A DNA stretch of 64,000 nt from Limnothrix sp. BL-A-16 (GCA_041937175.2 CP166615.1:3584001-3648000), one strand, 5' to 3'. Positions 21,150 through 30,695 are shown, counted from the first letter of the stretch. Program-made: numbers and translations. The notes: a model not told the origin generated them from the letters alone.

Positions 21150-23000
21150 TTAGTGGGTGAGGCGATCGATCACGGCCGGTAGCCATTGGCCGGGAATGCT
21201 GGAGAGGGCGCGGCTTTGTCCCTCAAGGCCCAGGTGTTGATAGATGGCGCGAATGGTGGCGATCGCCCCGCTGAGGGCCCGATCGCGCAGGGGGGGCTGA
21301 TCCCCATGGGCGGTCAGAATCTGCACATAGGTCGCAAGGGCCCGATCAAGCTGGACTGCCCGATCACTCCCCGTCAAGGGCAAGTAAGAATCGATGCCCA
21401 ACTGTAGGTAAATCCAGGCCAACTGGCTGGCGGCGGCGGCGCGATCGAACCCAAGAGGAATAGCGGGATCAATAGCCAAAGCTTGGGCATAGGCTTGGGC
21501 CGCCCGTTGCCAGCAGTCTCGCCGCCGCTGAGGATCCAGCGGTTGCAGTTGTCGCCCCAGTTGCCAATAGGTTGTGCCCAGGTTGTTTTGGGTGGCCGCA
21601 TAGGCGGCGGGGCGATCGGCCGGGTTGCGATAGGGCAAGGCCGCTTCAAAGGCGCTGGCGGCCAGCAGCAACCACTGTTCTTGGACATCCACTTGGGCCA
21701 AGTTTAGGTAAGCGGTTCCCAAATTCGCCTGCACCGTGCCGTAGAGCAGGTCGGGTTGCAGGCGATCGTCACCGGGATGCGATCGCCCGGCGGCCGGTTC
21801 AGTCCCCAAAGATTCTGCATATTCTGCCAAAGCCGCTCGGTAACTGTCGATCGCCCCCTGCAACCGGGTCACCGAGTCGCCATAGCGGGCCCAACTCCAA
21901 AGGGCCGTACCCAAATTATTTCGCGCCGCCACTCGCCAAGCCCGATCGCCGCCGGAACAATCCCCGATCGCCGCTCGGTAGGCCAACACTGCCCGCTCCC
22001 AAGCCTCGGCCGGATCGCCCCAGCGCACCCAATCGCCATAAACTCCGCCCAGGTCGTAGTACAGCGATCGCAGGGCGGCCGGCTCCCCGTGGGTTTGCAC
22101 CCAGTCGATCGCCCGTTGATAGCATTGGGCCGCCGTTTCCAAGCTGGCTCGGGCCACTTCCGCCGTCACCCCCTTGGCCGCAGCTTTGGCGCGGGCCGCC
22201 GTGGCTTCCATCACCCACCGCTCCCAAACCGTCGGCGCGGGCGGACAGGGCGGCACAATCGGCTTGGCTCCTTCGTTGGGCCGGGGCAACACCGTCAGGG
22301 TCGGCCGTCCCCGATCGCGCCCACCAATCCAAGATCCAGCCCGATCGACTCCCGACAAGGGATTCAGCAACACCGCTGGCTGGCCTTCAAACTCAAACGT
22401 GCCCGTACAACAGGCCCAAAACTGCGGAGCCGATTCCCGAATCGTGTAGAGCCAAGGGCGGGGAACCCACAATAACAGACTCAAATTTCCGTTGGCCCAA
22501 TTGCTGGCCAGCGCTTCCAATTCCGCTAAAAATTGCCGTTGCAGTCGGGCCGCTTGCCGGGTCAGTTGTTCCACCCCCAACAGTTGCACCGTGGTTTCGG
22601 AAAGGGACTCGATCGCCCCGGAGAGGGTGGGTTGATGGGGTTCCAGGCGCAAGGTGGTGAGCTGCGGCGCGGGCAACTCCTGGGCCAACCGTCCCGCCAG
22701 TCGATCGCGCAGGGGCAAATCATCACAAACCACCAAAAACACCTGCCGCCGCAACCCCAACCCCAGGGACAGCCGCAACCGTTGATATAGCTCTTGGTTC
22801 CAACTGCCGGCTGCAGCGGAACGGGCGATCGAGCGGCTGGCCCGAGGGCGATCGGTCAAACTCTGGCTCGATCGACGGGCAGACCGAGCAACCCCCGGCA
22901 CCTCCAGCAAGGACGAACCGGAATCGGCAAAACTTGACAGGATAGGCAGCAAAGTGGGCATGGCCAGCGTCCAGAAGCACGAGCGTAATCTCCTCTTCAA
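21150..23000 (-). CDS. Tetratricopeptide repeat protein
   Basis: Repeated NNLGT/ANLGTAY TPR helices; exact start uncertain. Confidence 0.8.
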   Translation of the reverse strand: MKRRLRSCFWTLAMPTLLPILSSFADSGSSLLEVPGVARSARRSSQSLTDRPRASRSIARSAAAGSWNQELYQRLRLSLGLGLRRQVFLVVCDDLPLRDRLAGRLAQELPAPQLTTLRLEPHQPTLSGAIESLSETTVQLLGVEQLTRQAARLQRQFLAELEALASNWANGNLSLLLWVPRPWLYTIRESAPQFWACCTGTFEFEGQPAVLLNPLSGVDRAGSWIGGRDRGRPTLTVLPRPNEGAKPIVPPCPPAPTVWERWVMEATAARAKAAAKGVTAEVARASLETAAQCYQRAIDWVQTHGEPAALRSLYYDLGGVYGDWVRWGDPAEAWERAVLAYRAAIGDCSGGDRAWRVAARNNLGTALWSWARYGDSVTRLQGAIDSYRAALAEYAESLGTEPAAGRSHPGDDRLQPDLLYGTVQANLGTAYLNLAQVDVQEQWLLLAASAFEAALPYRNPADRPAAYAATQNNLGTTYWQLGRQLQPLDPQRRRDCWQRAAQAYAQALAIDPAIPLGFDRAAAASQLAWIYLQLGIDSYLPLTGSDRAVQLDRALATYVQILTAHGDQPPLRDRALSGAIATIRAIYQHLGLEGQSRALSSIPGQWLPAVIDRLTH

Positions 23001-23389
23001 GACGGGTCACGCCGCTTCGGGATTTCCCAGGGCGATCGCCCGCCAATCGCCATTCAATTGTCATTCAATAGAAAATATTGGCGAAAATTGGCGAGAATTG
23101 GCGAAAAGATATTGGCGCGTCGGCCACAGCCCCTGAACGTTTCGCGATACTTTGATCGCAGGACTCGATCGCGCCGCTTTTCTGTTTCCCTGCCTCAAGC
23201 CGTCCCTGTAACAATACTTACCTCCAACTGGGCCGCCTAGATCCTGCCTTTTCTGTCACGATTTCAACAGAGTGCCCCGAGGAAACCGCCAGTCAGCCGC
23301 AGCAAAGTAATCACTGCTTGATCACTGTTTGATCATTGTCTAGCCCCTGTTCAATTCCTGTTCAATCGCTGTTGATTGGCCCCCTTGGC

Positions 23390-25966
23390 ATGAAACTTTC
23401 GCCCAGCAACCGTTTACTATTTGCCATTGCCCTTCGCAATTGGCTTTGGATTCTTGGGACTGTGATTCTAAGTTTCTGGAGCGGCATCTTTAACGGTGTC
23501 AGCATTGCCCTTTTGGTTCCGGGCATCCTGGCTTTTTTGGGTCGCAAAATTGACCTCGGAGCCGATGCCCCAGAACTGGTGCGCAACCTTCTTTCCACCT
23601 TTGATGCATTGCCCGAAGAGCAGCGGGGTGCTGCCATGGTGGCCACCATCGTGGGAGCCATTCTGATTAAAAACGTCCTGGCTTTTTTGAGCACTGCCGT
23701 TGGGGGGCACTTGTCCCGGGCCCTGGTCAATGACGGCACATTTCAAGGAATTCGGATGCTCCTCGGGGTGGGTTTGGATTTTTATAGCCGCACCAAAGCT
23801 GGCGATTTAATTCAACGCCTTGGCTCGGAAATGAGCGGAGCCGTGGGCACAATCAACACCGTGGTGCAAATTGTGGCCACGATGGTCACCTTGCTCACCT
23901 TCATTGGTTTATTGGTGGCCATTTCCTGGCAGCTCACGATTATTTCTAGTATTTTTGCCCTGTTGGTGGTGCTGAGTAACCAACGATTTGCCAAAAAACT
24001 CAAGGAATATGGCAAACGGGGGGTGCAGCTCAGTCGGCTTTACACCAGTCAACTTCTGGAGGCGATCGGGGGGATTCGGTTAATCAAGGCCACCAGCAGC
24101 GAGGATTTGGAATATAACCGCTTAACGGGCACGTTGCTGAAGCGGCAACGGGTGGATTTACATTCCCAAACCTTCAGCTCTTTTGTGGCTTCGGTGAATG
24201 AATTTTTAGTAGTGGCTTCGTTGCTCTCGATCGTCTGGATTGGACGATTTGTGTTTCCCGGATCCCTCGAAGCCTATGCGGCCATTCTATTAACTTACCT
24301 ATTCTTAATTTCGCGAGTTTTTGCCTTTGTCACCACCCTCGGGAAGGCGCTCAATAACTTAGCCCTTTGCTCGGCGGCCGTGGATGCCATGGTGCGTTTT
24401 TTAAGCCGCCAAGGCAAACATTTTGTGCCCGATGGGGCAGTGCCCTTTCCCGGTCTGCGGCAAGAAATTCGATTTGAAAATGTGTCCTTTGCTTACCCCA
24501 GCCGCGACAAAAGCCGGGTGCTCGATCGGGTTAATTTGCGCATTCCTCGGGGGACAACCCTGGCCCTGGTTGGTTCCTCAGGGGCCGGCAAGTCCACCCT
24601 GGCGGATTTGATGATTCGGTTTTATGACCCCACGGGCGGCCGGATCACGATCGATGGTCAGGATTTGCGCACGTTTTCCCTCCGCAGTTTGCACCAGTCC
24701 ATGGGCATCGTTAGCCAAGACACCTTTTTGTTTAACGACACGGTGCGGGCCAATATTGCCTATGGCTGCGAGGAGTTAACAGACAAGGCGGTGATGGAGG
24801 CGGCCAGGCGGGCCAATGCCTATGACTTCATCATGGATTTGCCGGAGCAGTTTGAAACCATGCTGGGCGATCGGGGGGTGCGCCTGTCTGGGGGCCAACA
24901 GCAGCGAATTGCGATCGCCCGGGCCCTGTTGCGCAACCCCGACATTTTGATTTTGGATGAGGCCACCAGCGCCCTGGATACGGTCTCGGAGCGCCAGGTG
25001 CAACAGGCCATTAACGAATTAAGCCGCGATCGCACCACGATCGTGATTGCTCACCGCCTGTCCACGGTGCAAAATGCCGACCAAATCGCCGTGCTCGATA
25101 AGGGGCAGGTGGTGGAGGTAGGAACCCATGCGGAGTTGTTGAGCAAGCGGGGTTACTATGCTCGCCTTTACGCGGTGCAGTTTTCCGAAAGCGCCACGAA
25201 AACCCCCGTCCGCTGCGAAAACGCCATGGAAAAACTGGTGATGGAGGAAACCATTTCCCAGTTGGGGGCACTGGAAGCGGAGGGGATCAAGATTGCCTTC
25301 GATCCGGGCAGTGTGATGGCTTGGGCCCTGAACCGATTGCCATCGCTCTATGCGGCCACCCAAGAGGGGGCTGCATTCCAGCGCTATGTGGCGGAAGATG
25401 TGTGGCGATCGACAGTCAGCGATCGGGTGGCGGAGGCGATCGAGCAAGTCCAGCAATCCCATTGGGAGGATGAGCGACATCCCCTGATTGAACAAATTCG
25501 GATGCGATCGGCGGTATTGGTGGAGCGGTTGTCCTATGAGGGACGGTTGCGGTTGAATGCGGTGATTGGCACGTTGGCGCTGTTGGCGGATGGGTTGGTG
25601 GAGTCGCCCCAGGAGGAATACGAGTCCCTGAAGGAGGCCTATCGAGCCACCATGCAGTTGCTGGCCACGCTGGAGTTGTTGGAGGATGCCACCGGGGGGC
25701 TGGAGTTCAAACCCCGATCGGGCAAAAAGGGCGATCGCGATGAGGCGCAAACCTCCATTTCCCGCGCGGTTTATCCACAGGTGAAACAGTTGGCGGAAAT
25801 GCTGGAGATTTTGGCCAGTGAGCTGATTGATGAATTACTGCCCGATCAGTCCATTTCCCAACAGGTCAGCCGCCAAACCGACTATCGCGCGGCCTACGAT
25901 GTGTCGATTTCGCTGCTCGATCGACTAGCGGCCATTGAAACCCGCGCCACGTCCTTAAGTGCTTAG
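23390..25966 (+). CDS. ABC exporter (HepA/MsbA-like TMD+NBD) with C-terminal ComFB-like domain and HisKA-like helical tail
   Basis: [32 protein letters not shown]; ~250-aa extension containing 'NAMEKLV...WALNRLPSLYA'. Confidence 0.88.
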   Translation: MKLSPSNRLLFAIALRNWLWILGTVILSFWSGIFNGVSIALLVPGILAFLGRKIDLGADAPELVRNLLSTFDALPEEQRGAAMVATIVGAILIKNVLAFLSTAVGGHLSRALVNDGTFQGIRMLLGVGLDFYSRTKAGDLIQRLGSEMSGAVGTINTVVQIVATMVTLLTFIGLLVAISWQLTIISSIFALLVVLSNQRFAKKLKEYGKRGVQLSRLYTSQLLEAIGGIRLIKATSSEDLEYNRLTGTLLKRQRVDLHSQTFSSFVASVNEFLVVASLLSIVWIGRFVFPGSLEAYAAILLTYLFLISRVFAFVTTLGKALNNLALCSAAVDAMVRFLSRQGKHFVPDGAVPFPGLRQEIRFENVSFAYPSRDKSRVLDRVNLRIPRGTTLALVGSSGAGKSTLADLMIRFYDPTGGRITIDGQDLRTFSLRSLHQSMGIVSQDTFLFNDTVRANIAYGCEELTDKAVMEAARRANAYDFIMDLPEQFETMLGDRGVRLSGGQQQRIAIARALLRNPDILILDEATSALDTVSERQVQQAINELSRDRTTIVIAHRLSTVQNADQIAVLDKGQVVEVGTHAELLSKRGYYARLYAVQFSESATKTPVRCENAMEKLVMEETISQLGALEAEGIKIAFDPGSVMAWALNRLPSLYAATQEGAAFQRYVAEDVWRSTVSDRVAEAIEQVQQSHWEDERHPLIEQIRMRSAVLVERLSYEGRLRLNAVIGTLALLADGLVESPQEEYESLKEAYRATMQLLATLELLEDATGGLEFKPRSGKKGDRDEAQTSISRAVYPQVKQLAEMLEILASELIDELLPDQSISQQVSRQTDYRAAYDVSISLLDRLAAIETRATSLSA

Positions 25967-26109
25967 GGCTTGTCGTCATTTCCTAGGACCAGACGGAAAC
26001 AATTGATTTTCCATGTCCCAGTCGTTGTAACAAGGGGCTTGAGCATCTTGTCCCCCACGATCTACTAACGGCGGAATCAGGGTTTCAGGCGATTTGACGA
26101 CACACCCTA
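25964..26109 (-). mobile_element. ~146-bp MITE with TIRs (TAGGGCTTGTCGTCA / TGACGACACACCCTA) and a degenerate internal REP palindrome
   Basis: Terminal inverted repeats and TA ends; homologous to copies at 27094 and 62612. Confidence 0.8.
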
Positions 26110-26143
26110 GGAGAAGAAGGTTGTTGGGTCTTGCGGATTTGAG

Positions 26144-27109
26144 TTAGCTGAATCTGGACAAACCCGATCGCGACCACAGGCGATCGAACCGCGTTGGCCC
26201 CAAGAGGATCGTGAGGCCAATCTTGCCGCCGAGGATTGCCAAAAAGCGCCATTCTCGCCACAGGTGCGGCCCAAACCACAGGGCCAACAACAGCAACCGA
26301 GCCGATCGCCACCCACGCCCCCGATCGCGCGGCCCCGCCGTCAGGGCTTTGCAGGCTAACCCTTTGTAAAACCGCGATCGCGCCGATCGCCCCACAGCCT
26401 GAGACCTTGGCCCCGCCTTGGCCAAATGGCACTCTAACACCGCATTACAAGCCCGCTCCAGCCGCCGCAAATTGGCCGAGGACGATCGATCCGAAACCCG
26501 GTAGCGCACTTGGGCCTCGGGAATCAGCACAAATTCACCCAACCCAGCCAGGCGCAACCACAAATCCCAGTCTTCCGCCGGAATGAGTTCCGTTTGGAAG
26601 CCCCCCACCTGCTCCAGGGCCGATCGACGAATCAGGGGATTGGAGCCATTTTCAATGAAATTATTCAGCAACAGGGCGGTGAACACCTGGCCCTGATGGC
26701 GATCGCGAAAGCCCGGGTGACGCAGTTGATTGTCATCATCCACATAGTCCGTCCAACTGTAGGCCAACACAGCGGCCGGGTTGTCCGCCAAGGCAGCCAC
26801 CCGATCGGCCAAGGCCGTTGGAGTCCACCAATCATCCGCATCCAAAAAGGCAATCAGGGATCCCCGAGCCGCCGCCAAGCCGCAATTTCGGGCGATCGCC
26901 TGACCCCCGTTGGTCTGTCGCAACACCCGAATTCGCGGATCAGCCGTTTGCAGGGCAATCTCCCCCGTCTGATCCGTGGAGCCATCATCCACCACGATCG
27001 CTTCCCAGTCCGCCCAAGTCTGCGATCGCAAGGCGGCGAGGGTTTCGGGCAAAGTGGCCGCCGCGTTATAGGCCGGAATGATGACTGAAACCTTAGGGCC
27101 TGTCGTCAT
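26144..27109 (-). CDS. GT2 family glycosyltransferase
   Basis: VSVIIPAYN, VDDGSTD, ARN.G, FLDADD, EDWDLWLR. Confidence 0.93.
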   Translation of the reverse strand: MTTGPKVSVIIPAYNAAATLPETLAALRSQTWADWEAIVVDDGSTDQTGEIALQTADPRIRVLRQTNGGQAIARNCGLAAARGSLIAFLDADDWWTPTALADRVAALADNPAAVLAYSWTDYVDDDNQLRHPGFRDRHQGQVFTALLLNNFIENGSNPLIRRSALEQVGGFQTELIPAEDWDLWLRLAGLGEFVLIPEAQVRYRVSDRSSSANLRRLERACNAVLECHLAKAGPRSQAVGRSARSRFYKGLACKALTAGPRDRGRGWRSARLLLLALWFGPHLWREWRFLAILGGKIGLTILLGPTRFDRLWSRSGLSRFS

Positions 27110-27241
27110 TTCCTGGGATCCAGTAAAAATAGTTGATCTTCCATACCCTAACCACCCCAGACAAGGGGCTTAAGCCCCTTGCCCCCCCATGATCTCGTCC
27201 CGATGGAATCCAGGTTTCAGCTAATTTGACGACACCCCCTA
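27094..27241 (-). mobile_element. ~148-bp MITE copy with an intact internal REP palindrome (27162-27181)
   Basis: TAGGGCCTGTCGTCA ... TGACGACACCCCCTA. Confidence 0.8.
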
Positions 27242-27293
27242 GGGATGATCTACTCATACCAGGAATCAATTCAGAAATTAACGTTATGGGCGA

Positions 27294-27751
27294 TTATGGG
27301 CGATCGCTCCATTCCGCAAAATCTACAGTCATAGCCTGTTCAAAGTTTAAGACTGGGGCGGTTGGGAACTGGTCGATCGGCAGATCGGTTTCAGCTTCTG
27401 CCTGCGAGCCTTCGCATAGGCTTTATCGACGAACTCCGAGAGTCGAGCTTGCAGGCTGGGATTATCGGTTAGCAGGTCTTCAATCTCGATCCGTGCATTT
27501 TTGATCGAAATTGACCATGAGCGCGATCGCCTGTGAGCTTGATAGTGCCACTTCAGGAGATGCAGATAGAGGCGTGCAAGCTGATTAACGAGTGCGTCTC
27601 GTTTCGATGCCCCCAAGCTCTCGATCTCCTCAATCAGATTTTCTAGATCAATATCTGCCAAACGACCGGATTTCAGCAACTCAACTTGCTGCTGAATCCA
27701 GCCGTGGTAATCCGTTTCGTAGGTGTTGGCGGCAATGGTTTTGGCTGTCAT
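27294..27751 (-). pseudogene. DUF29 family protein, frameshifted near the C-terminus
   Basis: YETDYHGW...LIEEIESLG...HLLKWHYQ...SW; the expected 'EAETDLPIDQFP' tail lies in another frame from ~27398. Confidence 0.75.
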
Positions 27752-27826
27752 GGGCGATCGCTCCTAAACCCGCTTTCAGAGGATGTTTGAGCAGGAACTG
27801 GGGCTACTAGCAAGATACGAGTAGTC

Positions 27827-27853
27827 GTAGGGGCAAGGGGCTTAAGCCCCTTG
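27827..27853. repeat. REP-like palindrome preceded by GTAG
   Basis: GTAGGGG-CAAGGGGCTTAAGCCCCTTG. Confidence 0.8.
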
Positions 27854-27987
27854 TCTTCGTCGATCGAGGCAACCCGCAAGGTAACAACTTTGGCTTTAGG
27901 GCAGACCACGATCGCGCGGTTGGGGCCGTCACCATCAACGTTGTTTTGACATCCTCTCCAGTTTAAGCGGTGTCAGAGTTGCCAACC

Positions 27988-28173
27988 CTAATTGCCGCAA
28001 TTCGTACAGGTACAGTTCGCGCCGCAGGTACAGGAACCGGAACCACCACAACCACAGCCTGAAGCATAGGCAGCGGTCGGCGCGATCACGGTCAAAGCAG
28101 CAGCCACAGCACCCAAAATCTTGATCGTGCGGCGACCTTTGGACGATTGCGATGTCGAAGTCTGTTGAGTCAT
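27988..28173 (-). CDS. Secreted Cys-rich metallothionein-like peptide (61 aa)
   Basis: AGGAG RBS; signal peptide ending AYA; predicted mature SGCGCGGSGSCTCGANCTCTNCGN with 7 Cys. Confidence 0.75.
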   Translation of the reverse strand: MTQQTSTSQSSKGRRTIKILGAVAAALTVIAPTAAYASGCGCGGSGSCTCGANCTCTNCGN

Positions 28174-28220
28174 GGGTTTGTTCTCCTGCTTGCACAAGGG
28201 CAAGTTTGACTAATAATTCA

Positions 28221-28252
28221 ACTCTATTCTCTCTAGTAAGCTATAGAGTCAA
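28221..28252 (-). promoter_or_regulatory. MerR-family (ZntR/CadR/PbrR-like) metal-responsive promoter
   Basis: TTGACT-N20-TAGAGT with dyad CTCTATAG-ctta-CTAGAGAG overlapping the -35 and spacer. Confidence 0.7.
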
Positions 28253-28314
28253 GAGGCGGCGCGATCGAGTAAGACAATGGGAATGAAGCAGCCAGTTTTG
28301 ATGGAGCAGCCCCC

Positions 28315-28896
28315 GTGACTTCGGGAAATTTGACCCAACAACCCAATCACCCAACCGAGTCCGCCATTCCGCCTCACTGGGTGTTCACTCAGGTCGATCG
28401 CCCGGAACAGCCCGAGACCCAAACCCAGGATGCCGCCGCTGCCGATCATGGCCTGCGCCAGTTGGCCCTGGTGGCCGAGGATCGGGTGAAGGTGCGCCGA
28501 CAGGTCACCCTTGATGATGGGACGGTGGCTTGGTTGCAACTGGCCCGGGGCACAGTGCTGCGGCCGGGCGATCGACTGCGCACCGTCCAGGGAGACTGTT
28601 GCCGGGTGGTGGCGCAACCGGAACCGGTGCTGACGGTGCGATCGCCCGATCGACTGTCCCTGTTGCAAGCGGCCTATCATTTGGGCAACCGCCATGCGCC
28701 CCTGGAAATCACGATCGATTATTTGCGGCTCGCGCCGGATCCAACCCTGAAAGATTTGCTGGAACGACGCGGCCTCCAAGTGATTGAGGAAATCGCCCCC
28801 TTTGTGCCGGATCCGGGAGCCTATTCAACGGTCGATCGCGCCCACCATACCCACCACCATCACCACGACCACGCCAATTCCCATCACCATGAGTGA
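28315..28896 (+). CDS. ureE: Urease accessory nickel chaperone UreE
   Basis: LARGTVLRPGD, AAYHLGNRH, His-rich tail; start may be GTG 28381. Confidence 0.92.
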   Translation: MTSGNLTQQPNHPTESAIPPHWVFTQVDRPEQPETQTQDAAAADHGLRQLALVAEDRVKVRRQVTLDDGTVAWLQLARGTVLRPGDRLRTVQGDCCRVVAQPEPVLTVRSPDRLSLLQAAYHLGNRHAPLEITIDYLRLAPDPTLKDLLERRGLQVIEEIAPFVPDPGAYSTVDRAHHTHHHHHDHANSHHHE

Positions 28897-29581
28897 GCCA
28901 TTGTCCCGATCGCTTGCCCTGTTGCAATTGGCTAGCCCGGCCTTGCCCGTGGGAGCCTTTAGCTATTCCGAGGCGATCGAAACCTTGGTGGACAAGGGCC
29001 AGGTGAGATCGGCTGCCGATTTGACCGACTGGTTGCGACAGGAGTTACGGGTGGGCAGCATCCGTCTGGAAGCGGCGGCCCTGCTGAAGGCGCGACAGGC
29101 GATCGATCAGGGCAATCGGGACTCCATTCACCACTGGAATCAATGGATTTCGGCCTTGCGAGAAACGGAAGAATTGCGGTTACAAAGTTGGCAAATGGGG
29201 CGATCGTTGGTCACCTTGGCCAAGGATCTCAACCCAGCCGATACCACCTTAGTGACGCTGAATCTGCAACCAGTGAACTATGCGATCGCCTTTGCCAGTT
29301 TGGCTGCCCATTGGCAACTGAGCCACGCGGAAATGTTGACCGCCTATCTACAATCTTGGGCCAGCAATTTGGTGAGCGCTGGGGTTCGTTCCATCCCGAT
29401 CGGTCAAACCCAAGGTCAGCAAACATTACTCAATTTATGGTCTGACTTAACCGCCGCCATCACTGAAATTCAGCAACTCGCCACCGCTGATACGGATGAT
29501 GATTGGTTTGCTTGTGGTTGGGGCCTCTCGATCGCCAGCATGACCCACGAAACCCAATACAGCCGCCTCTTCAGAAGCTAG
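28889..29581 (+). CDS. ureF: Urease accessory protein UreF
   Basis: LQLASPALPVGAFSYSE ... HETQYSRLFRS. Confidence 0.95.
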   Translation: MSEPLSRSLALLQLASPALPVGAFSYSEAIETLVDKGQVRSAADLTDWLRQELRVGSIRLEAAALLKARQAIDQGNRDSIHHWNQWISALRETEELRLQSWQMGRSLVTLAKDLNPADTTLVTLNLQPVNYAIAFASLAAHWQLSHAEMLTAYLQSWASNLVSAGVRSIPIGQTQGQQTLLNLWSDLTAAITEIQQLATADTDDDWFACGWGLSIASMTHETQYSRLFRS

Positions 29582-29657
29582 TTAGCCGCTTGGCTGATGT
29601 TTTTCTCATCGACCTGAAGCACAATAGAATTAGCTCGAAAATACCAGAGGAAAAAGA

Positions 29658-30230
29658 ATGGTTGCCGCCAGAGAGAATCAGCCCCATTTCACACCGGAAG
29701 CCTATTTTGAGTGGGAAGCCCAACAGCTCGAACGGCATGAGCTAATCGATGGTCATGTCTACGCCATGAGTGGCGGCACAAAAAACCACAGCGAGATCGC
29801 TAGCAACATTCTCATGATCATCAAGCCTCATTTACGAGGTGGTCAATGCCGAGTTTTTAATTCTGATGTAAAGATCAACATTCTTAATACATCTAACTAT
29901 ACCTATCCAGATCTCAGCGTGACTTGCGATGATCGAGACCAGAAAACTCCCCTTTACAGTACTTATCCTTGCTTGATTGTTGAAGTTCTCTCCCCCAGTA
30001 CTGAGTCCTACGATCGCTGGAAAAAGTTTGAAAAATATCGCCGCAATCCAAATCTGATTGACTACGTGTTAGTTAGTTCCGAAGAGGTGGCGGTTGATAT
30101 CTACCACAGGAATAGTGCGGGAGATTGGGTGATTTTGAGCTATCGATCGGGCGATCAGGTTGAACTGCAAAGTATTGGGCTAACCGTGGCGATCGAGGAA
30201 TTCTATGAAGGAATTATGTTTGAAGAATAG
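29658..30230 (+). CDS. Uma2 family (PD-(D/E)XK-like) endonuclease
   Basis: HELIDG, AMSGG...H, YPDLSVTCD, IVEVLSPST. Confidence 0.92.
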   Translation: MVAARENQPHFTPEAYFEWEAQQLERHELIDGHVYAMSGGTKNHSEIASNILMIIKPHLRGGQCRVFNSDVKINILNTSNYTYPDLSVTCDDRDQKTPLYSTYPCLIVEVLSPSTESYDRWKKFEKYRRNPNLIDYVLVSSEEVAVDIYHRNSAGDWVILSYRSGDQVELQSIGLTVAIEEFYEGIMFEE

Positions 30231-30260
30231 TCAAAGTCCACCGACACGAAATCATGAGGG

Positions 30261-30280
30261 TAAGGGGCTTAAGTCCCTTG
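30261..30280. repeat. Degenerate REP-like palindrome
   Basis: TAAGGGGCTTAAGTCCCTTG. Confidence 0.7.
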
Positions 30281-30335
30281 TAACAAAGCCTGAGAGCAAG
30301 ACAATCAATCACTCTATTTTTACCAGGAGTGTTGA

Positions 30336-30695
30336 ATGATTAATTCATCGATTCGTCTGATTACCGATCAACAGATTTCAGAAATTTGCCAGACTATTGT
30401 TGAGCAGTTTCAACCTGAAAAAATTATCTTGTTTGGTTCCTATGCCTACGGTCAGCCCCACGAGTGGAGTGATCTAGACTTATTAATCATCATGGACTTT
30501 GAGGAACGGGCGATCGATTTAGCAGTGGAGCTTTGGCAAGCAACAAAGCCAGAATTTCCAGTAGATTTTATTGTCAAAACCTCTTATGAAATTCGATGGC
30601 GATATCAACAGTTTGATCCGCTAGTACGAGTGGCAATTGATCAAGGCAAGGTTCTTTATGACGCAAGTTCTTCAAGAGTGGCTGAAGCGATCTGA
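30336..30695 (+). CDS. Minimal nucleotidyltransferase (MNT) antitoxin
   Basis: ILFGSYAYG...SDLDLL. Confidence 0.9.
   Translation: MINSSIRLITDQQISEICQTIVEQFQPEKIILFGSYAYGQPHEWSDLDLLIIMDFEERAIDLAVELWQATKPEFPVDFIVKTSYEIRWRYQQFDPLVRVAIDQGKVLYDASSSRVAEAI

Noticed and set aside
27988..28173. RiPP precursor reading of the Cys-rich peptide
   Set aside because: No modification enzymes nearby; the leader looks like a signal peptide and the promoter is MerR-like. Disfavoured, not excluded
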